Assembly: GCA_050294405.1 (NCBI GenBank)
Contig: JBNKOC010000028.1
Span: forward strand, 128,001-192,000
Source of the DNA: Fibrobacteria bacterium
GTDB lineage: Bacteria; Fibrobacterota; Fibrobacteria; UBA11236; JADFYW01
Direction: 5' to 3'
Length of the DNA stretch: 64,000 bases
Of the stretch, positions 1 to 10,396 are shown piece by piece (position 1 is the stretch's first letter; each line of letters starts with the position of its first letter). The notes beneath the pieces were generated by a model. That model was not told the origin of the DNA. It made no database searches and saw only the letters and a list, made by a program, of their open reading frames with translations. The position numbers were made by a program, and so were the translations under genes.

Positions 1-538
1 TTAAATAGGATAGGAGCTGTCTGCGAAAGGCCAAGGTATTTCCAGAGGTCACATTGTGTTTCAATAAAAATGTAAAGGACTCCCCTTTTTCCGCCAACGA
101 TCTTTCTTTATTTGTAAACCAAAGCGCATCCCAAAGAGTATTTTTGCTAACATTTAAGGACTCATCGCAAATAAAACCATTAGAGTAAAACAAATTAACA
201 GATGGGTTATTCTTAAAAGCATTTATAGTGATTTCTATTTTTTGGGATAGCCAAAAATCATCTTGATCGCATAGAAAAATAATATCACCGTGGCATTCGG
301 AAATTGCTTTTTCAAAATTCTTTGTTATGCCCAACTTTTTGGGATTTTCGAATATGTAAATTGGAATGGAAGACTTCTGTTTCCATTCATTTGCTATTAT
401 TAGGGTAGAGTCATCGCTTTTATCATCACTAATTATTATTTCATCCGGTAAGAAAGTTTGCTGATGTATACTGGATAGCTGTTGCTCAAGGTATTTTGCG
501 CCATTGCGGCATGCCATTGCAATTGATATTTTAGTCAT
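1..538 (-). CDS. Glycosyltransferase family 2 (partial, runs off the window start)
   Basis: Not in the ORF track. Manual translation from ATG at 538 gives MTKISIAMACRNGAKYLEQQLSSIHQQTFLPDEIIISDDKSDDST...IFLCDQDDFW (GT-A fold with DxD). ATGA overlap with the upstream gene's stop. Confidence 0.88.
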   Translation of the reverse strand, partial: MTKISIAMACRNGAKYLEQQLSSIHQQTFLPDEIIISDDKSDDSTLIIANEWKQKSSIPIYIFENPKKLGITKNFEKAISECHGDIIFLCDQDDFWLSQKIEITINAFKNNPSVNLFYSNGFICDESLNVSKNTLWDALWFTNKERSLAEKGESFTFLLKHNVTSGNTLAFRRQLLSYL

Positions 539-1524
539 AATTCCGCAATAGCAAAAACTTCTTCTCCAGATGTCTTTGTTACGCAATTAACTGCGTATTC
601 AAAAATCCAAAAGCAGAAAGCAAATGGCTGCAAAAATGTTTTAATTACGGAATAACTTTTCCGGGTTGGAGAAATTTTTAAAAAAATCAAAATACTTGAA
701 TAAAACATGTAAAACGCAAACCCTGAAACAGTGAAAGTTTTTGAATTTATAAAGCCAGCATTTTCCAATAATAATTTTAGACTTTTCTCGCTAAATACTT
801 GAATGTGCGTTGGTGGTTCTAAACCCCTCCAATATTTCCCAAAAATAGCTTTAGACAAACTTTTTGAATTTGGCGTAGAAATTACAAGTTTACCCGTTGG
901 TTGAATATGATCCTTTAAGGAAATCAATACTTCAAGAGGGTTGTCGAGATGTTCTATAACATGCATCATTGATATTATATCAAACTTTTCATTATTAATT
1001 TGATTTAAACTTCCGTAAATGCGATGGGTCATTAAAATTTCTTTTGCAATATCTTGGGCCTTTATATCAGGATCAATACCAGCGATTGCACTTTTAAAAT
1101 ATTTAAACTTCCAAAGAAATTCCCCGGTACCGCATCCAAAATCTAAGATTGATTTATTGATTATGTTTTGTTGGAACAAAACGCCTCTCATACCAATTTC
1201 CTTGGTGAGGGGGAAATAGTAAAGAATCGAACCAACCAGTTTGTCGGCAAAATTTATGGGAAGAGAAACTTTCAAAATTTTAGAGGATAAGGCAACTTGT
1301 ATCCACATACGAAGCCGGCTTTTTACGTTTGGGTATGAATGCGTATAATATTTCGCATAATTAGTTACAAACGAATTTTGAATTTTAGCTTTACTCAGCC
1401 AAATATGTTTACAAGATTGGCATTGGAAATAATTCCATGTTCCTGGTTTTCCGTATAAAACATCAGGAATTTCTTTAAAGCCCAATTGGCTTTTTGTGCC
1501 GCAAGATGGACAGCGTTCAATCAA
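535..1524 (-). CDS. Class I SAM-dependent methyltransferase with N-terminal Zn-ribbon
   Basis: CPSC...CQSC, LDFGCGTG motif I, HVIEH, STPN. Confidence 0.85.
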   Translation of the reverse strand: MIERCPSCGTKSQLGFKEIPDVLYGKPGTWNYFQCQSCKHIWLSKAKIQNSFVTNYAKYYTHSYPNVKSRLRMWIQVALSSKILKVSLPINFADKLVGSILYYFPLTKEIGMRGVLFQQNIINKSILDFGCGTGEFLWKFKYFKSAIAGIDPDIKAQDIAKEILMTHRIYGSLNQINNEKFDIISMMHVIEHLDNPLEVLISLKDHIQPTGKLVISTPNSKSLSKAIFGKYWRGLEPPTHIQVFSEKSLKLLLENAGFINSKTFTVSGFAFYMFYSSILIFLKISPTRKSYSVIKTFLQPFAFCFWIFEYAVNCVTKTSGEEVFAIAEL

Positions 1525-2957
1525 TTTGGCTCCCTTACTCTTCGCAGCTTTGATAGACTATATGGGATTACCCAAAATTGGATTGAAAAGACGATAATTC
1601 CATATAAAACAAATACTAATTTTTTTGATTCAAAAAAACTTAAAAAGACCCCGACTAGCACTGAAATCAAATGGAAATATAAAGAAAACTTTGTGCTTGA
1701 TGACAAACCCAGGATTGGTATTCTGGGCAAAAGTTGGAGAATTGGAATTATTAAAAAAATACTTGCAAAGAATAAAACCCCAACCTCTCCTCCAATTATG
1801 TAAAAAGGGACTATAAAGACTGGAAATTTAAGTATTTCAAATATTGATAATAACCCCCTATTTTTTTCATTTAAAATTATTTGATCACAAATATTTTTTA
1901 CACTGTCGAGGGTAATTGAGCCTACTAATAATACTAATAGTCCCAATTGAACGGGTTTACCATATAATTGAGTAAAAATCAGCTTAGAAAAAATACTCAA
2001 AAATATTAAATAAAGAATATATATATAAGTGACAACCTGGATTAATATTGAAAGCAATTCAATGGAATGGTTTCTATTCATAGTTGCGGATTTGGTACGG
2101 GCAATTATGGGAAACCAGGCTACGGTAATTGGCTGTATGAGCAGTCTTATTACTAATCCAAATTGTAACATTATTTGGACCATGGATATTACATGGAGAT
2201 CTTTAGTAAAACTAGCTAATACTAGTAAGGAATAGGATTGGAATCCGGTGCTGGATAAAAATGGTATGAAAAATAAAATTGATTCTTTATAATAACTCAA
2301 GATGTTAAATTTGTGAAATTTAAATTTCAGGCCATGTTTATATATAAAGAAAAAAATCGCAAAGAGAGAAAGAATTATTGAAAATCCCGAGAATACTGAA
2401 ATTATCAATGGAAAGGAGTATTGGACTTTTGCAAAGACGCAAATTATTATACCAATGGTCCAGAGCGGTTGGTTGAAAATGCTTAGCAAAAGCAAAAAAC
2501 CACCTTTTTCCAAGCCAATTGCTAACATAGACCCGAATCGGGCCATTACCCCTGCAACAATCCAAATTATTATATGTGTGGATGTATTACTGTTAAATGC
2601 AGTATCAGAATTAAAAATACGAGGTAATAAGTATCCAGCAATTAAGCAAATTAAGCTTATGGGAATTATTGAGGTTAAAGCTTTATATACAGCATTTGAA
2701 ATTTCAATATTTGATTTGCATGAGGCTATCTCCTTGACTCCTAATTTACTGGTAATTCCAAAATCGGACACTAATATCAATATATTAGCGACGGAGAGAT
2801 ACAAAACATAAGCGCCATGTTCCTCAACGGACCAGTATTTTAGGGCGAGAATATTAATTAAAAAAACGCTTAAATTGGCAATAAGTTGTGAAATAAAAAC
2901 CAAGCCACTAAATTTAAAAAGTGACTCGAGGATGGATTGGTTTAAATTTCCTTTCAT
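1521..2957 (-). CDS. Wzx-like oligosaccharide flippase (MOP/PST family)
   Basis: 478 aa, highly polytopic; N-terminal 'EEHGAY...SDFGIT' pattern typical of polysaccharide flippases; glycan cluster context. Confidence 0.72.
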   Translation of the reverse strand: MKGNLNQSILESLFKFSGLVFISQLIANLSVFLINILALKYWSVEEHGAYVLYLSVANILILVSDFGITSKLGVKEIASCKSNIEISNAVYKALTSIIPISLICLIAGYLLPRIFNSDTAFNSNTSTHIIIWIVAGVMARFGSMLAIGLEKGGFLLLLSIFNQPLWTIGIIICVFAKVQYSFPLIISVFSGFSIILSLFAIFFFIYKHGLKFKFHKFNILSYYKESILFFIPFLSSTGFQSYSLLVLASFTKDLHVISMVQIMLQFGLVIRLLIQPITVAWFPIIARTKSATMNRNHSIELLSILIQVVTYIYILYLIFLSIFSKLIFTQLYGKPVQLGLLVLLVGSITLDSVKNICDQIILNEKNRGLLSIFEILKFPVFIVPFYIIGGEVGVLFFASIFLIIPILQLLPRIPILGLSSSTKFSLYFHLISVLVGVFLSFFESKKLVFVLYGIIVFSIQFWVIPYSLSKLRRVREPN

Positions 2958-3982
2958 TTGTTATAGTGATCAATGTTTAATAAATCCATATTGTGGTTAT
3001 CCCATTTAGGACCCATTTGGATTAAGTAGCAACTTTTATTTTTATATAATTTTCCTAAAGCTTTTCTAAGGCCATCCCATATTCGCTCATGGTTAAAATC
3101 CGGGAATAAAGTATCCATTGCTATGAAAGGAGCGTAAATTGGGTAGCGACTGTGAATTTTCACAAGGGTTTCGTTTTTGCAGTTAAAAACTGTATGGCTA
3201 ACCGCTTGCGATTCAGAAATCTCAGAGATACTTGAATTTTTGCTTTTCGCTCGAATGACGACATACAGCTGTTTTAAATTGCAACTTTCAGCAACATTAA
3301 ATTTTCTTGGTATTGGGAAAAAATGATAATAGGCCATACGTACCAGTCGCAGAGGAGTCAAATATTCATCCCTTAGATACTGAGTTCTAAAGGCAAAGGT
3401 GTTTAGGCTAACAGGCATGCAATTTAAACTGTTTGAATCTATTAAAATTTGATCATCTCCAAGGAAGTCAAATCCGCTATTGACTAGGTTCATAGCATAG
3501 CTGGTTTTTAAACCCGATCCATAGCCTGTAAACATATAGCCGTTTCCATGTATGCTACATGCTGAAGCATGAATAATATACTTTTGCATTCTGGACCAAA
3601 TTAACTCTGTGCAGGGTTTAAATATGAACCAAAAGAGGACCCAATCCAAATACATTAACCAGGGGAAAAAAAGTATTCCCGTTTTATTATAATCAAATTT
3701 TACGGTAATTCGGTCGGAGTTAATGCCGTACCATGCTGTTTTCCATTGGAACCCCTTCCAGGTATTTGTAAAAAACATGTCATTTCCATTGGAATAAAAT
3801 GTATGATCGAAATTCGCCCAGCTGTCGATTTTACAATTAAAGGGCCCAACTATTATTTTTAGATTTGGAGTATCGTGAAATTTGTCAACTTTAAAAAAAG
3901 ATAACTTGTGAAACATCCATGGTATAGGATCGGAAATGTCCAATTCGAATTTTAAATCGTGTATTTTATAGTAGTGTTTCAC
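2954..3982 (-). CDS. HPr kinase/PEPCK-like P-loop protein (degenerate Walker A)
   Basis: IHASA...FTGYGSGLKTS...FLGDD: the His, P-loop, DD signature. Confidence 0.65.
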   Translation of the reverse strand: MKHYYKIHDLKFELDISDPIPWMFHKLSFFKVDKFHDTPNLKIIVGPFNCKIDSWANFDHTFYSNGNDMFFTNTWKGFQWKTAWYGINSDRITVKFDYNKTGILFFPWLMYLDWVLFWFIFKPCTELIWSRMQKYIIHASACSIHGNGYMFTGYGSGLKTSYAMNLVNSGFDFLGDDQILIDSNSLNCMPVSLNTFAFRTQYLRDEYLTPLRLVRMAYYHFFPIPRKFNVAESCNLKQLYVVIRAKSKNSSISEISESQAVSHTVFNCKNETLVKIHSRYPIYAPFIAMDTLFPDFNHERIWDGLRKALGKLYKNKSCYLIQMGPKWDNHNMDLLNIDHYNK

Positions 3983-5016
3983 GTATTAATATTATTTAAT
4001 AGTTCGTCCCATTGAGATGATGTTGGTATTGTAGGAATGTCCACTTCAATAAATTCGAGCTGCCTTAATTCCAGGTTTAATAATTTTTCTTGCTCATCCC
4101 AATAATTAGCAAAAATAGAATTGGGATAAGCAAAGCAAATGCTGTTCAGCTCAACATTCAAAAATGCCAGGTCAAATTTATTTCCGTTCAAAACTTTAGA
4201 TGCAACGGAATCAAGGCTTACATCGGTTTTCACCTTAAAAGGGTTTTGGCTTTGTAAATAATAAAATTTAGAACCGCTGGTGATTTTATGCGGTGAACAA
4301 TTTGTTGTATTTGCTATGATATTTGGCATCAAGTTTACTCGGCCAAGCGAAATCTTCGATATAACGTTTGCAAGTAATAATTGGAGCTTATACTTAAACC
4401 TAATATTCTTAACGTTCGGATCTATGCGGTCGAATTTCAAATTCACAGGAGTATTTAATCCGTAGATTTTTTTGTTTTTAATAAAAACCCTGTCCTCGGA
4501 AATTATTTCATATCCCATTTTTTTAAGCTTATTTAAAATTGTGCTTTTTCCCACTCCTCTACGCCCGGCCGTAATAATTAATTTTTCTTCCTTGACTGCT
4601 GAAGAAGCGTGAATCGGACAAAAGCCTTTTATGGTTAAGAGAAAAAAAACTATGGATCCTATGTATAAATCTACCAATGGCCACAGTCCTAAAAAATTGC
4701 AATTGACAAATAATTCGGCATGGTCAGGGTTTTCAAATATGAATTTGATTTTAAATTGACTCAGTTTGCTGCGATAGTTGCTTTCAATATAATTTTCTCC
4801 AACGCACATATTATTGAACAGGAATCCATTTTTATTTTTAGGGATTTGCCTGGAGTATGTTATAGTTAACTGTATGTTGCTATTATCCTTGTAGTTATCG
4901 CAAAGATATGCTTTATATTTATTTCGTATTTTTTTCGAGAATAAACGGTTTTTTCCTGGATCAACCTTAATAACAAATTCATCAAAAATATTGAAGTATA
5001 TATAGGGGTTATTCAT
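3979..5016 (-). CDS. HPr kinase/PEPCK-like P-loop protein
   Basis: PIHASS...AGRRGVGKST...IISEDR. Start placed at ATG 5016 (MNNPY), which overlaps the upstream stop; the ORF track extends to 5064. Confidence 0.7.
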   Translation of the reverse strand: MNNPYIYFNIFDEFVIKVDPGKNRLFSKKIRNKYKAYLCDNYKDNSNIQLTITYSRQIPKNKNGFLFNNMCVGENYIESNYRSKLSQFKIKFIFENPDHAELFVNCNFLGLWPLVDLYIGSIVFFLLTIKGFCPIHASSAVKEEKLIITAGRRGVGKSTILNKLKKMGYEIISEDRVFIKNKKIYGLNTPVNLKFDRIDPNVKNIRFKYKLQLLLANVISKISLGRVNLMPNIIANTTNCSPHKITSGSKFYYLQSQNPFKVKTDVSLDSVASKVLNGNKFDLAFLNVELNSICFAYPNSIFANYWDEQEKLLNLELRQLEFIEVDIPTIPTSSQWDELLNNINT

Positions 5017-5935
5017 ACAGTCTGCCCAAATCTGCATCATCGATGTATTGCTTCGTATTCGCATGCCAAAGTTGGTGATTTGTTAAATATGCCTGTAATA
5101 ATTTTTCATTTTTATTAAAAAATTGGGGGAGTTCATAACCCTCAATTTCATTTAAAATTTTTTCTAAAAAACTTAGGCAAGGGTTCGTGCTGTTGGCCCA
5201 ATTTTGCATAAGCATATATGCCATCTTCTCCGCGGAAATAATTTCTAAGGAATTCGCATTTGATTTTTGAAGAAATAAAATATTCCCTTGTTTGTCCTTA
5301 GTTATGCTCCTGTGTGGCTTCGGCAAACTGGCTATTGGCAATAATAAACTTATCTTCCCATTGGAACAAAAAAACACCAACTTTGATACAAGATGAGATA
5401 TATATTCAATTGGTTTCCTGTTTTTTTTTATAAAGTTATAAGAATTATGGCGTAATGTAATTGGAAGGGGCACACCCATTAAGACCCCATCTCCGATCAG
5501 AGCAAAATCATCAGTTTGCCATTTAAATTTTTTTTTAATTAATTTTAATAGAGCTGTGCTTTTACCGGTTCCTGAGCTTCCAGAAATAACTATGGGGGTA
5601 TGAAATTCAGAGAGAGCCAAAATTCCATGGATAGCAACTATTTTTTTTTTAAAATAAATAAACCATATTAATGCCATTGTAATATATTTAATATTTGCAA
5701 TGCTAATTCTGGGTAAAAAATCCAAGGAGAACCTAAAGCTAATATTAGGATCTTCATCGGATATCGATCGAGCTGAAAACATTTTTTTTTTAAAATCTAT
5801 TTGAACCAAAAAATCAGATGGGAGCGGAGGTTTTAAAAAATAAAAAAATTGATTTAATCTCCATCTTTGCAAGCAATTGTTACAAATCACTTGTAACTTA
5901 ATTTGGCCAGGAAAAAAATATTCAACATAAGCCAT
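5009..5935 (-). CDS. HPr kinase/PEPCK-like P-loop protein
   Basis: AIHG...ISGSSGTGKST...WQTDD. Confidence 0.7.
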   Translation of the reverse strand: MAYVEYFFPGQIKLQVICNNCLQRWRLNQFFYFLKPPLPSDFLVQIDFKKKMFSARSISDEDPNISFRFSLDFLPRISIANIKYITMALIWFIYFKKKIVAIHGILALSEFHTPIVISGSSGTGKSTALLKLIKKKFKWQTDDFALIGDGVLMGVPLPITLRHNSYNFIKKNRKPIEYISHLVSKLVFFCSNGKISLLLPIASLPKPHRSITKDKQGNILFLQKSNANSLEIISAEKMAYMLMQNWANSTNPCLSFLEKILNEIEGYELPQFFNKNEKLLQAYLTNHQLWHANTKQYIDDADLGRLYE

Positions 5936-5940
5936 AATGT

Positions 5941-6408
5941 TTATTTTACCGTTTGGCAGGCTTCATGTAAAAACTTTTCTAATTGGTTGCGGTCGCCCAA
6001 TTTGTGAGCAATAGGTTTGGTTTTTCTGGCATCCTCAATGGCTTGCTCAAGCTCGGAAATTTCCAGGACAACGGGAAATTTATAATTTTCTTTAAGCCAA
6101 AAAGAAAACTCTACCTGGTGATCATTAATATGTTCTTTATGTTTTTTTTGTCTTGGAACAACAACCAATGGCTTATTCAGCTCGATAACTTCGACCATAG
6201 ACATAGCGCCATGGGTTACGACTAAATCCGCTTGATTTATAAACTCTTTCAGATTAGAAATTTCATCATGGTGTTCACAATTGGAAAATTTGTGGGCACC
6301 AGCATGTCCCTGTATAATAATCTTTTCTTTGCTTTTTGCAGCAATGGTATCCATTTCGCTAAATAATCTGCGGAATGGTAGGTAATAACCCGTGATTACT
6401 AGAATCAT
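5941..6408 (-). CDS. PssE/Cps14G (Alg13-like, GT28 C-terminal) glycosyltransferase subunit
   Basis: MILVITG..PF.RL, ADLVVTHGA, VPRQ..HKEHINDHQ. Confidence 0.88.
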   Translation of the reverse strand: MILVITGYYLPFRRLFSEMDTIAAKSKEKIIIQGHAGAHKFSNCEHHDEISNLKEFINQADLVVTHGAMSMVEVIELNKPLVVVPRQKKHKEHINDHQVEFSFWLKENYKFPVVLEISELEQAIEDARKTKPIAHKLGDRNQLEKFLHEACQTVK

Positions 6409-6410
6409 GT

Positions 6411-6848
6411 TTAAAATACTCTGCCTTGATACTGGGCCTTTTTGCCATATTTTTTGAGAAGGCCTTTATGTTGGACCAAAAAAATGGAACTTAAATAATA
6501 GAGCAACTTCCCAGTCTGGGTTGGCTCGTGCAAACGAGTTACCGTTTCTATAAAAATTGTTGGGATGCCAAAAAATTTGGCGATAATAAAGCAGGGAACC
6601 GCGATTTCCGCACCTGTAGAAATGATTAGTTTTGGGCGCTCCCTAAACAGAATTTTGAAGGATTGAATAAAACATTTAACAATAACATGAGGCCGAAATG
6701 GATATATATCCACACTAAAATGTGGAAAAGGTAGTTTTCTGTCGGTTGGGTTTGTTATTATAAAAGAGTTATTATCCGATAAAAATTTGTTCAACATTAA
6801 CAATTCACCTAGATGGCCACCAATAGTTGCGACTACACAAATTTTCAT
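6411..6848 (-). CDS. PssD/Cps14F (Alg14-like) glycosyltransferase subunit
   Basis: GGHL, ERPKLIISTGAEIAVP, IFIE, FLVQ; adjacent to the Alg13-like partner. Confidence 0.9.
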   Translation of the reverse strand: MKICVVATIGGHLGELLMLNKFLSDNNSFIITNPTDRKLPFPHFSVDIYPFRPHVIVKCFIQSFKILFRERPKLIISTGAEIAVPCFIIAKFFGIPTIFIETVTRLHEPTQTGKLLYYLSSIFLVQHKGLLKKYGKKAQYQGRVF

Positions 6849-7474
6849 TTTTTGTTTTTAAATTTCCTATACATAGATAAAATAAAAGGAGGGGCAAGAT
6901 TTAAAATAAACTGATAGAACTCAAATGGAAAATGTAATTGAGAGAACTTATCATCAATTTTATGAAAAACCTTTGAGTTTATCGGATCTTTTTGTCCAAT
7001 TCCGAATATTGAATAGGGAAACATTTTATCACCTTGAAACCCGGTCCAGGAGTGCCCAAAATTTTGCAGCAAACTGCTAAAAGCTTGCGGTGTGAACCTC
7101 CAATAATCATGAGGATAGCTGTGGATTGGAAAATTCATGCAGGAGGATAAAATAACAATGCCGCCTGGCTTTAATATTCGATATACCTCATCCATTGCCT
7201 TATACGGATATTCCACATGCTCAAGGGTGTCGAGCAATATGACAGTCCCCATAGAATTATCATCAAGACCAATCTGATGCAAATTAAGGACTTTATCTAC
7301 CCCTGGACCATCACGCATATCGGCGCCAATATATTTTTTGTTGGGAAATAAATGTTTAACATTACATAGCATTCCGTTTTCTTGAACTTGTAGAGCCCCA
7401 AACTCAATAACGGGCTCGGAGACAGGAAATTCTTGAACTGCCCATTCTGCAAATTTTAAAATGGATGGTCTCAT
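6845..7474 (-). CDS. Class I SAM-dependent methyltransferase
   Basis: IEFGA, GADMRDGPGVD, TLEHV, ILKPGG, HSYPHDYWRF. Confidence 0.85.
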   Translation of the reverse strand: MRPSILKFAEWAVQEFPVSEPVIEFGALQVQENGMLCNVKHLFPNKKYIGADMRDGPGVDKVLNLHQIGLDDNSMGTVILLDTLEHVEYPYKAMDEVYRILKPGGIVILSSCMNFPIHSYPHDYWRFTPQAFSSLLQNFGHSWTGFQGDKMFPYSIFGIGQKDPINSKVFHKIDDKFSQLHFPFEFYQFILNLAPPFILSMYRKFKNKK

Positions 7475-7571
7475 TTACTGTATTTTATTAAAAATAAGGG
7501 GTTTAACTCAATGCAAATCCAAAAAAACTCTAATAATTCTTAAATCTATAATTCAGAAATGATATAATGGC

Positions 7572-8324
7572 ATGGACCCCGTAATTGAAGAGGTTGATTT
7601 GGGAAAAACAGCCATCATTATTCCATGCAAAAACGAGGACAAATCAATTCAAGGACTGCTCGATCTTGTGGAAGAAAATATCCCTGATGCCGAAATAATT
7701 TTGGTGGATGACAATTCGGATAGGCAGGCGGCTGGATGGCTTCAAAATTCCAAACAAATTCATTATCTGAGAAGCCCAATTACCTTGGGAATTGGAGGGG
7801 CGGTCCAATTAGGCATCAAATATGCCTTTAAAAACGGTTTTGAAACGTTCGTCAGAATTGACGGCGACGGCCAGCATCCCCCAAAATATATTCCAGAATT
7901 AATTGAAAAAACGAAGGCTAACACCCTCGTTAGAGGAGTTCGCTCTCATAAAGATTTTATGAAAAGCAGCACCATCTTCCGAAGAATTGGTTCCTATTAT
8001 TTTATGGCTTTATTTAAAATTGTTTTCAAAAAGACATTTTCAGATCCAACATCGGGCTTCCATAGTTTCAGCCGGGACATTGCTGAAAAATTTACTCATT
8101 ACTATCCAATGGATTATCCAGAAATTGAATCTTCCGTATTGCTGCTAAAATCAGGAGCAAATATTCGTGATGTAACGGTAAAAATGAATTCACGGAAAGC
8201 CGGCCGCTCGAGCATTGATTTATTTCACACAGTTGTTTATGTATTTTCCGTAACAGTAGCCTTCATCATTTCCATATATCGAAAAAACCCCTATAGGAAA
8301 ACAGAGAATGATAACTCATATTGA
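7572..8324 (+). CDS. DPM1-like GT2 (polyprenol-phosphate sugar synthase family)
   Basis: IIIPCKNE, VDDNS, LGIGGAVQ, DGDGQH, DPTSGF, YPE, R..GRS. Confidence 0.87.
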   Translation: MDPVIEEVDLGKTAIIIPCKNEDKSIQGLLDLVEENIPDAEIILVDDNSDRQAAGWLQNSKQIHYLRSPITLGIGGAVQLGIKYAFKNGFETFVRIDGDGQHPPKYIPELIEKTKANTLVRGVRSHKDFMKSSTIFRRIGSYYFMALFKIVFKKTFSDPTSGFHSFSRDIAEKFTHYYPMDYPEIESSVLLLKSGANIRDVTVKMNSRKAGRSSIDLFHTVVYVFSVTVAFIISIYRKNPYRKTENDNSY

Positions 8325-8682
8325 TTTATCAGCTAGAATCATATTCAGTTTGGCGGCCGTAGGTTTAATCGGTGGCATCATATATATGATACACCAAGGG
8401 AAAATAAAGGAAAAGTATGCGCTATTATGGTTTCCAATAACATTTATAATATTTACGATGGGTATTTTCCCTAACTTGCTTCTTGATTTATCAACTTTAA
8501 TAAACCTTCATTATATAACCGTAATTCTTTTAGGCGTTATTTTAATGTATACCTATATCCTCTTGTACTTTACTGCTAAATTATCCCAGCTTAGGGAAGA
8601 TGTTTTAAAACTTTCCCAGGAAATTGTTTTAAATAAAAGCAAAGAGCCGCCCAAAGGCGAAGAAACCAATCTTTCCTCTTAG
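8308..8682 (+). CDS. DUF2304 family membrane protein
   Basis: KIKEKYALLW, three TM segments, C-terminal LSQEI; overlaps the DPM1-like GT2, the usual pairing. Confidence 0.82.
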   Translation: MITHIDLSARIIFSLAAVGLIGGIIYMIHQGKIKEKYALLWFPITFIIFTMGIFPNLLLDLSTLINLHYITVILLGVILMYTYILLYFTAKLSQLREDVLKLSQEIVLNKSKEPPKGEETNLSS

Positions 8683-8840
8683 ACAATATTTAAAAGCAAA
8701 TGCGGCAAAGGTCTTCTTTTATTCTATTAGTAGTTGTATTTGAATATATCTGGCTTCATCTCCAAAAATTTTTTGCGGAGAGAAAACTAAGATATACAAA
8801 CTGTATATAATGAGTAGAGGGACAAAAAGAATTAGTTGTT

Positions 8841-10379
8841 TCATGCTTTGAAAGAAGGAGTTGCTTGGGACGAATTTTTTAGCCCCATGCAGTTTTTTGA
8901 AATTCTATTGGATGGAATGCTCGTTTGCGTTTTAGCATAAATGTTGAAATTCCCAATTTTGTGGACCTTTATGTAATGCCCGTCCAAAATGTAGTGGAAA
9001 TCCTCTTGTGGAGAAATAATGATTAAATCTGGAGAGCGTTTTAAAATATATTTACCAATTTGGGTTTCAGAAAAACCAGTTTCGTGATAAGGTAATTTTT
9101 TTCCTATTACAGAATTTTTAAACTCAGCGGACTTGGCAATAGTTTTATCAATAAGACCGTGTAAATCCAAAAAATGAAAATTTGTATAGTGGCCAAAATA
9201 TCCTAATTCGCCGACCGCTACCAATTTAACATCCTGACGCTTGTTTAGCCAAGACGCCAATTTTTCATAATTGGGGTTCCAGTTACTAACTGTTTTTTTT
9301 AAGCTCTTTATATTGGGAATAATTTCCGGATTAAATATTATTTTTTTTACACTTAAATAATTTAAGCAAACAAAAAGGCTGGTAATTGAAATAATAAGAA
9401 TTAATTGATGTGTCTTGCCAAGTCTGCTAAATAAATATGCATGGGTCTTGCAGCTTATTAAAATTAAAAGGGGAATAACAGGAACAATAAATCTCCAGGC
9501 TGGCATCCAATCACCCCCGACCTTCACGCAAAAATAAAGTTGGAGAAAAATAAAGGTCCAGAATAAATAAAGTTTGCCTTTAGGATATTTAACAATACTA
9601 AGTAGGCCGTACAATGCAAACAATAGCCCTGGAAAGCTGAAATAACTCCCCAAATAATTCACAATGGTAATATGCCAGCGGGAAATGCTTTGATAACTTT
9701 TAGCGAAATAAGTATTTGGCAATATTTCTCCGTAATACCAAAATCGCAAAGCGACTAACAAAATAACAATTAGGGCAGCATATATTATTTGCCTCAGAGA
9801 AATTCGCCTTTGAAGCAACAAAACTAAGGAGAATATGACGCAATGAAGCACAGCTTCCGGCCTTGCCAATAATAAAAAAGTAAACAAAGCCAAATATGTT
9901 GTGGTACTTAGACCGGATTTGGATTTTACCAACACATAAACACAATAGAGCAAAAGAAACATATATAGTGGTGTTTCCATTCCGGACATGCTCCATATGG
10001 CGATGGGCAGAGAAGCTATGTATAAAAGCAAACTGAAATAGGGGTTCAAGCTAAGTCTCTCTGAATTGCGGATAAGTAACATGCCGGTACCCAAATAAAA
10101 GAGCCACCCCAAAATTTTTGAATAAACTAATAGGTCGCCAGGAAGGTAATAAAAAATTGCTAATGTAAGCATCCATAAGGGGTTCGAAAAGCCTTCCACC
10201 CGTTCCCCTGGATTGAACACTGGACCATTTCCCAACGCTAAATTTTTGGAGAACCTATATGTTATAAAGCTATCATCTACAGTAAAATGAGCGACATACA
10301 GCCCCATTACAATACAACCCACAAACATGAGGAAATAGGGAGATAAGAAATTAGCGCGTTTAAATTTGGATGCTCTCAT
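8841..10379 (-). CDS. GT-C fold membrane glycosyltransferase (AftB-like)
   Basis: VDDSFITYRFSKNLALGNGPVFNPGERVEGFSNPLW, SGMET, RPE, PNTYFAK, GDWMPAWRF, DLHGL. Confidence 0.78.
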   Translation of the reverse strand: MRASKFKRANFLSPYFLMFVGCIVMGLYVAHFTVDDSFITYRFSKNLALGNGPVFNPGERVEGFSNPLWMLTLAIFYYLPGDLLVYSKILGWLFYLGTGMLLIRNSERLSLNPYFSLLLYIASLPIAIWSMSGMETPLYMFLLLYCVYVLVKSKSGLSTTTYLALFTFLLLARPEAVLHCVIFSLVLLLQRRISLRQIIYAALIVILLVALRFWYYGEILPNTYFAKSYQSISRWHITIVNYLGSYFSFPGLLFALYGLLSIVKYPKGKLYLFWTFIFLQLYFCVKVGGDWMPAWRFIVPVIPLLILISCKTHAYLFSRLGKTHQLILIISITSLFVCLNYLSVKKIIFNPEIIPNIKSLKKTVSNWNPNYEKLASWLNKRQDVKLVAVGELGYFGHYTNFHFLDLHGLIDKTIAKSAEFKNSVIGKKLPYHETGFSETQIGKYILKRSPDLIIISPQEDFHYILDGHYIKVHKIGNFNIYAKTQTSIPSNRISKNCMGLKNSSQATPSFKA

Positions 10380-10396
10380 TTTCCCATGGCGATATT

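Noticed and set aside
5017..5064. N-terminal extension of the second kinase-like ORF
   Set aside because: It overlaps the upstream gene by 56 nt; ATG 5016 gives normal translational coupling.
2954..5935. Lasso peptide/RiPP cluster suggested by HprK-like kinases
   Set aside because: No asparagine-synthetase-like cyclase, B protein/PqqD or precursor peptide is visible; the context is glycan synthesis.
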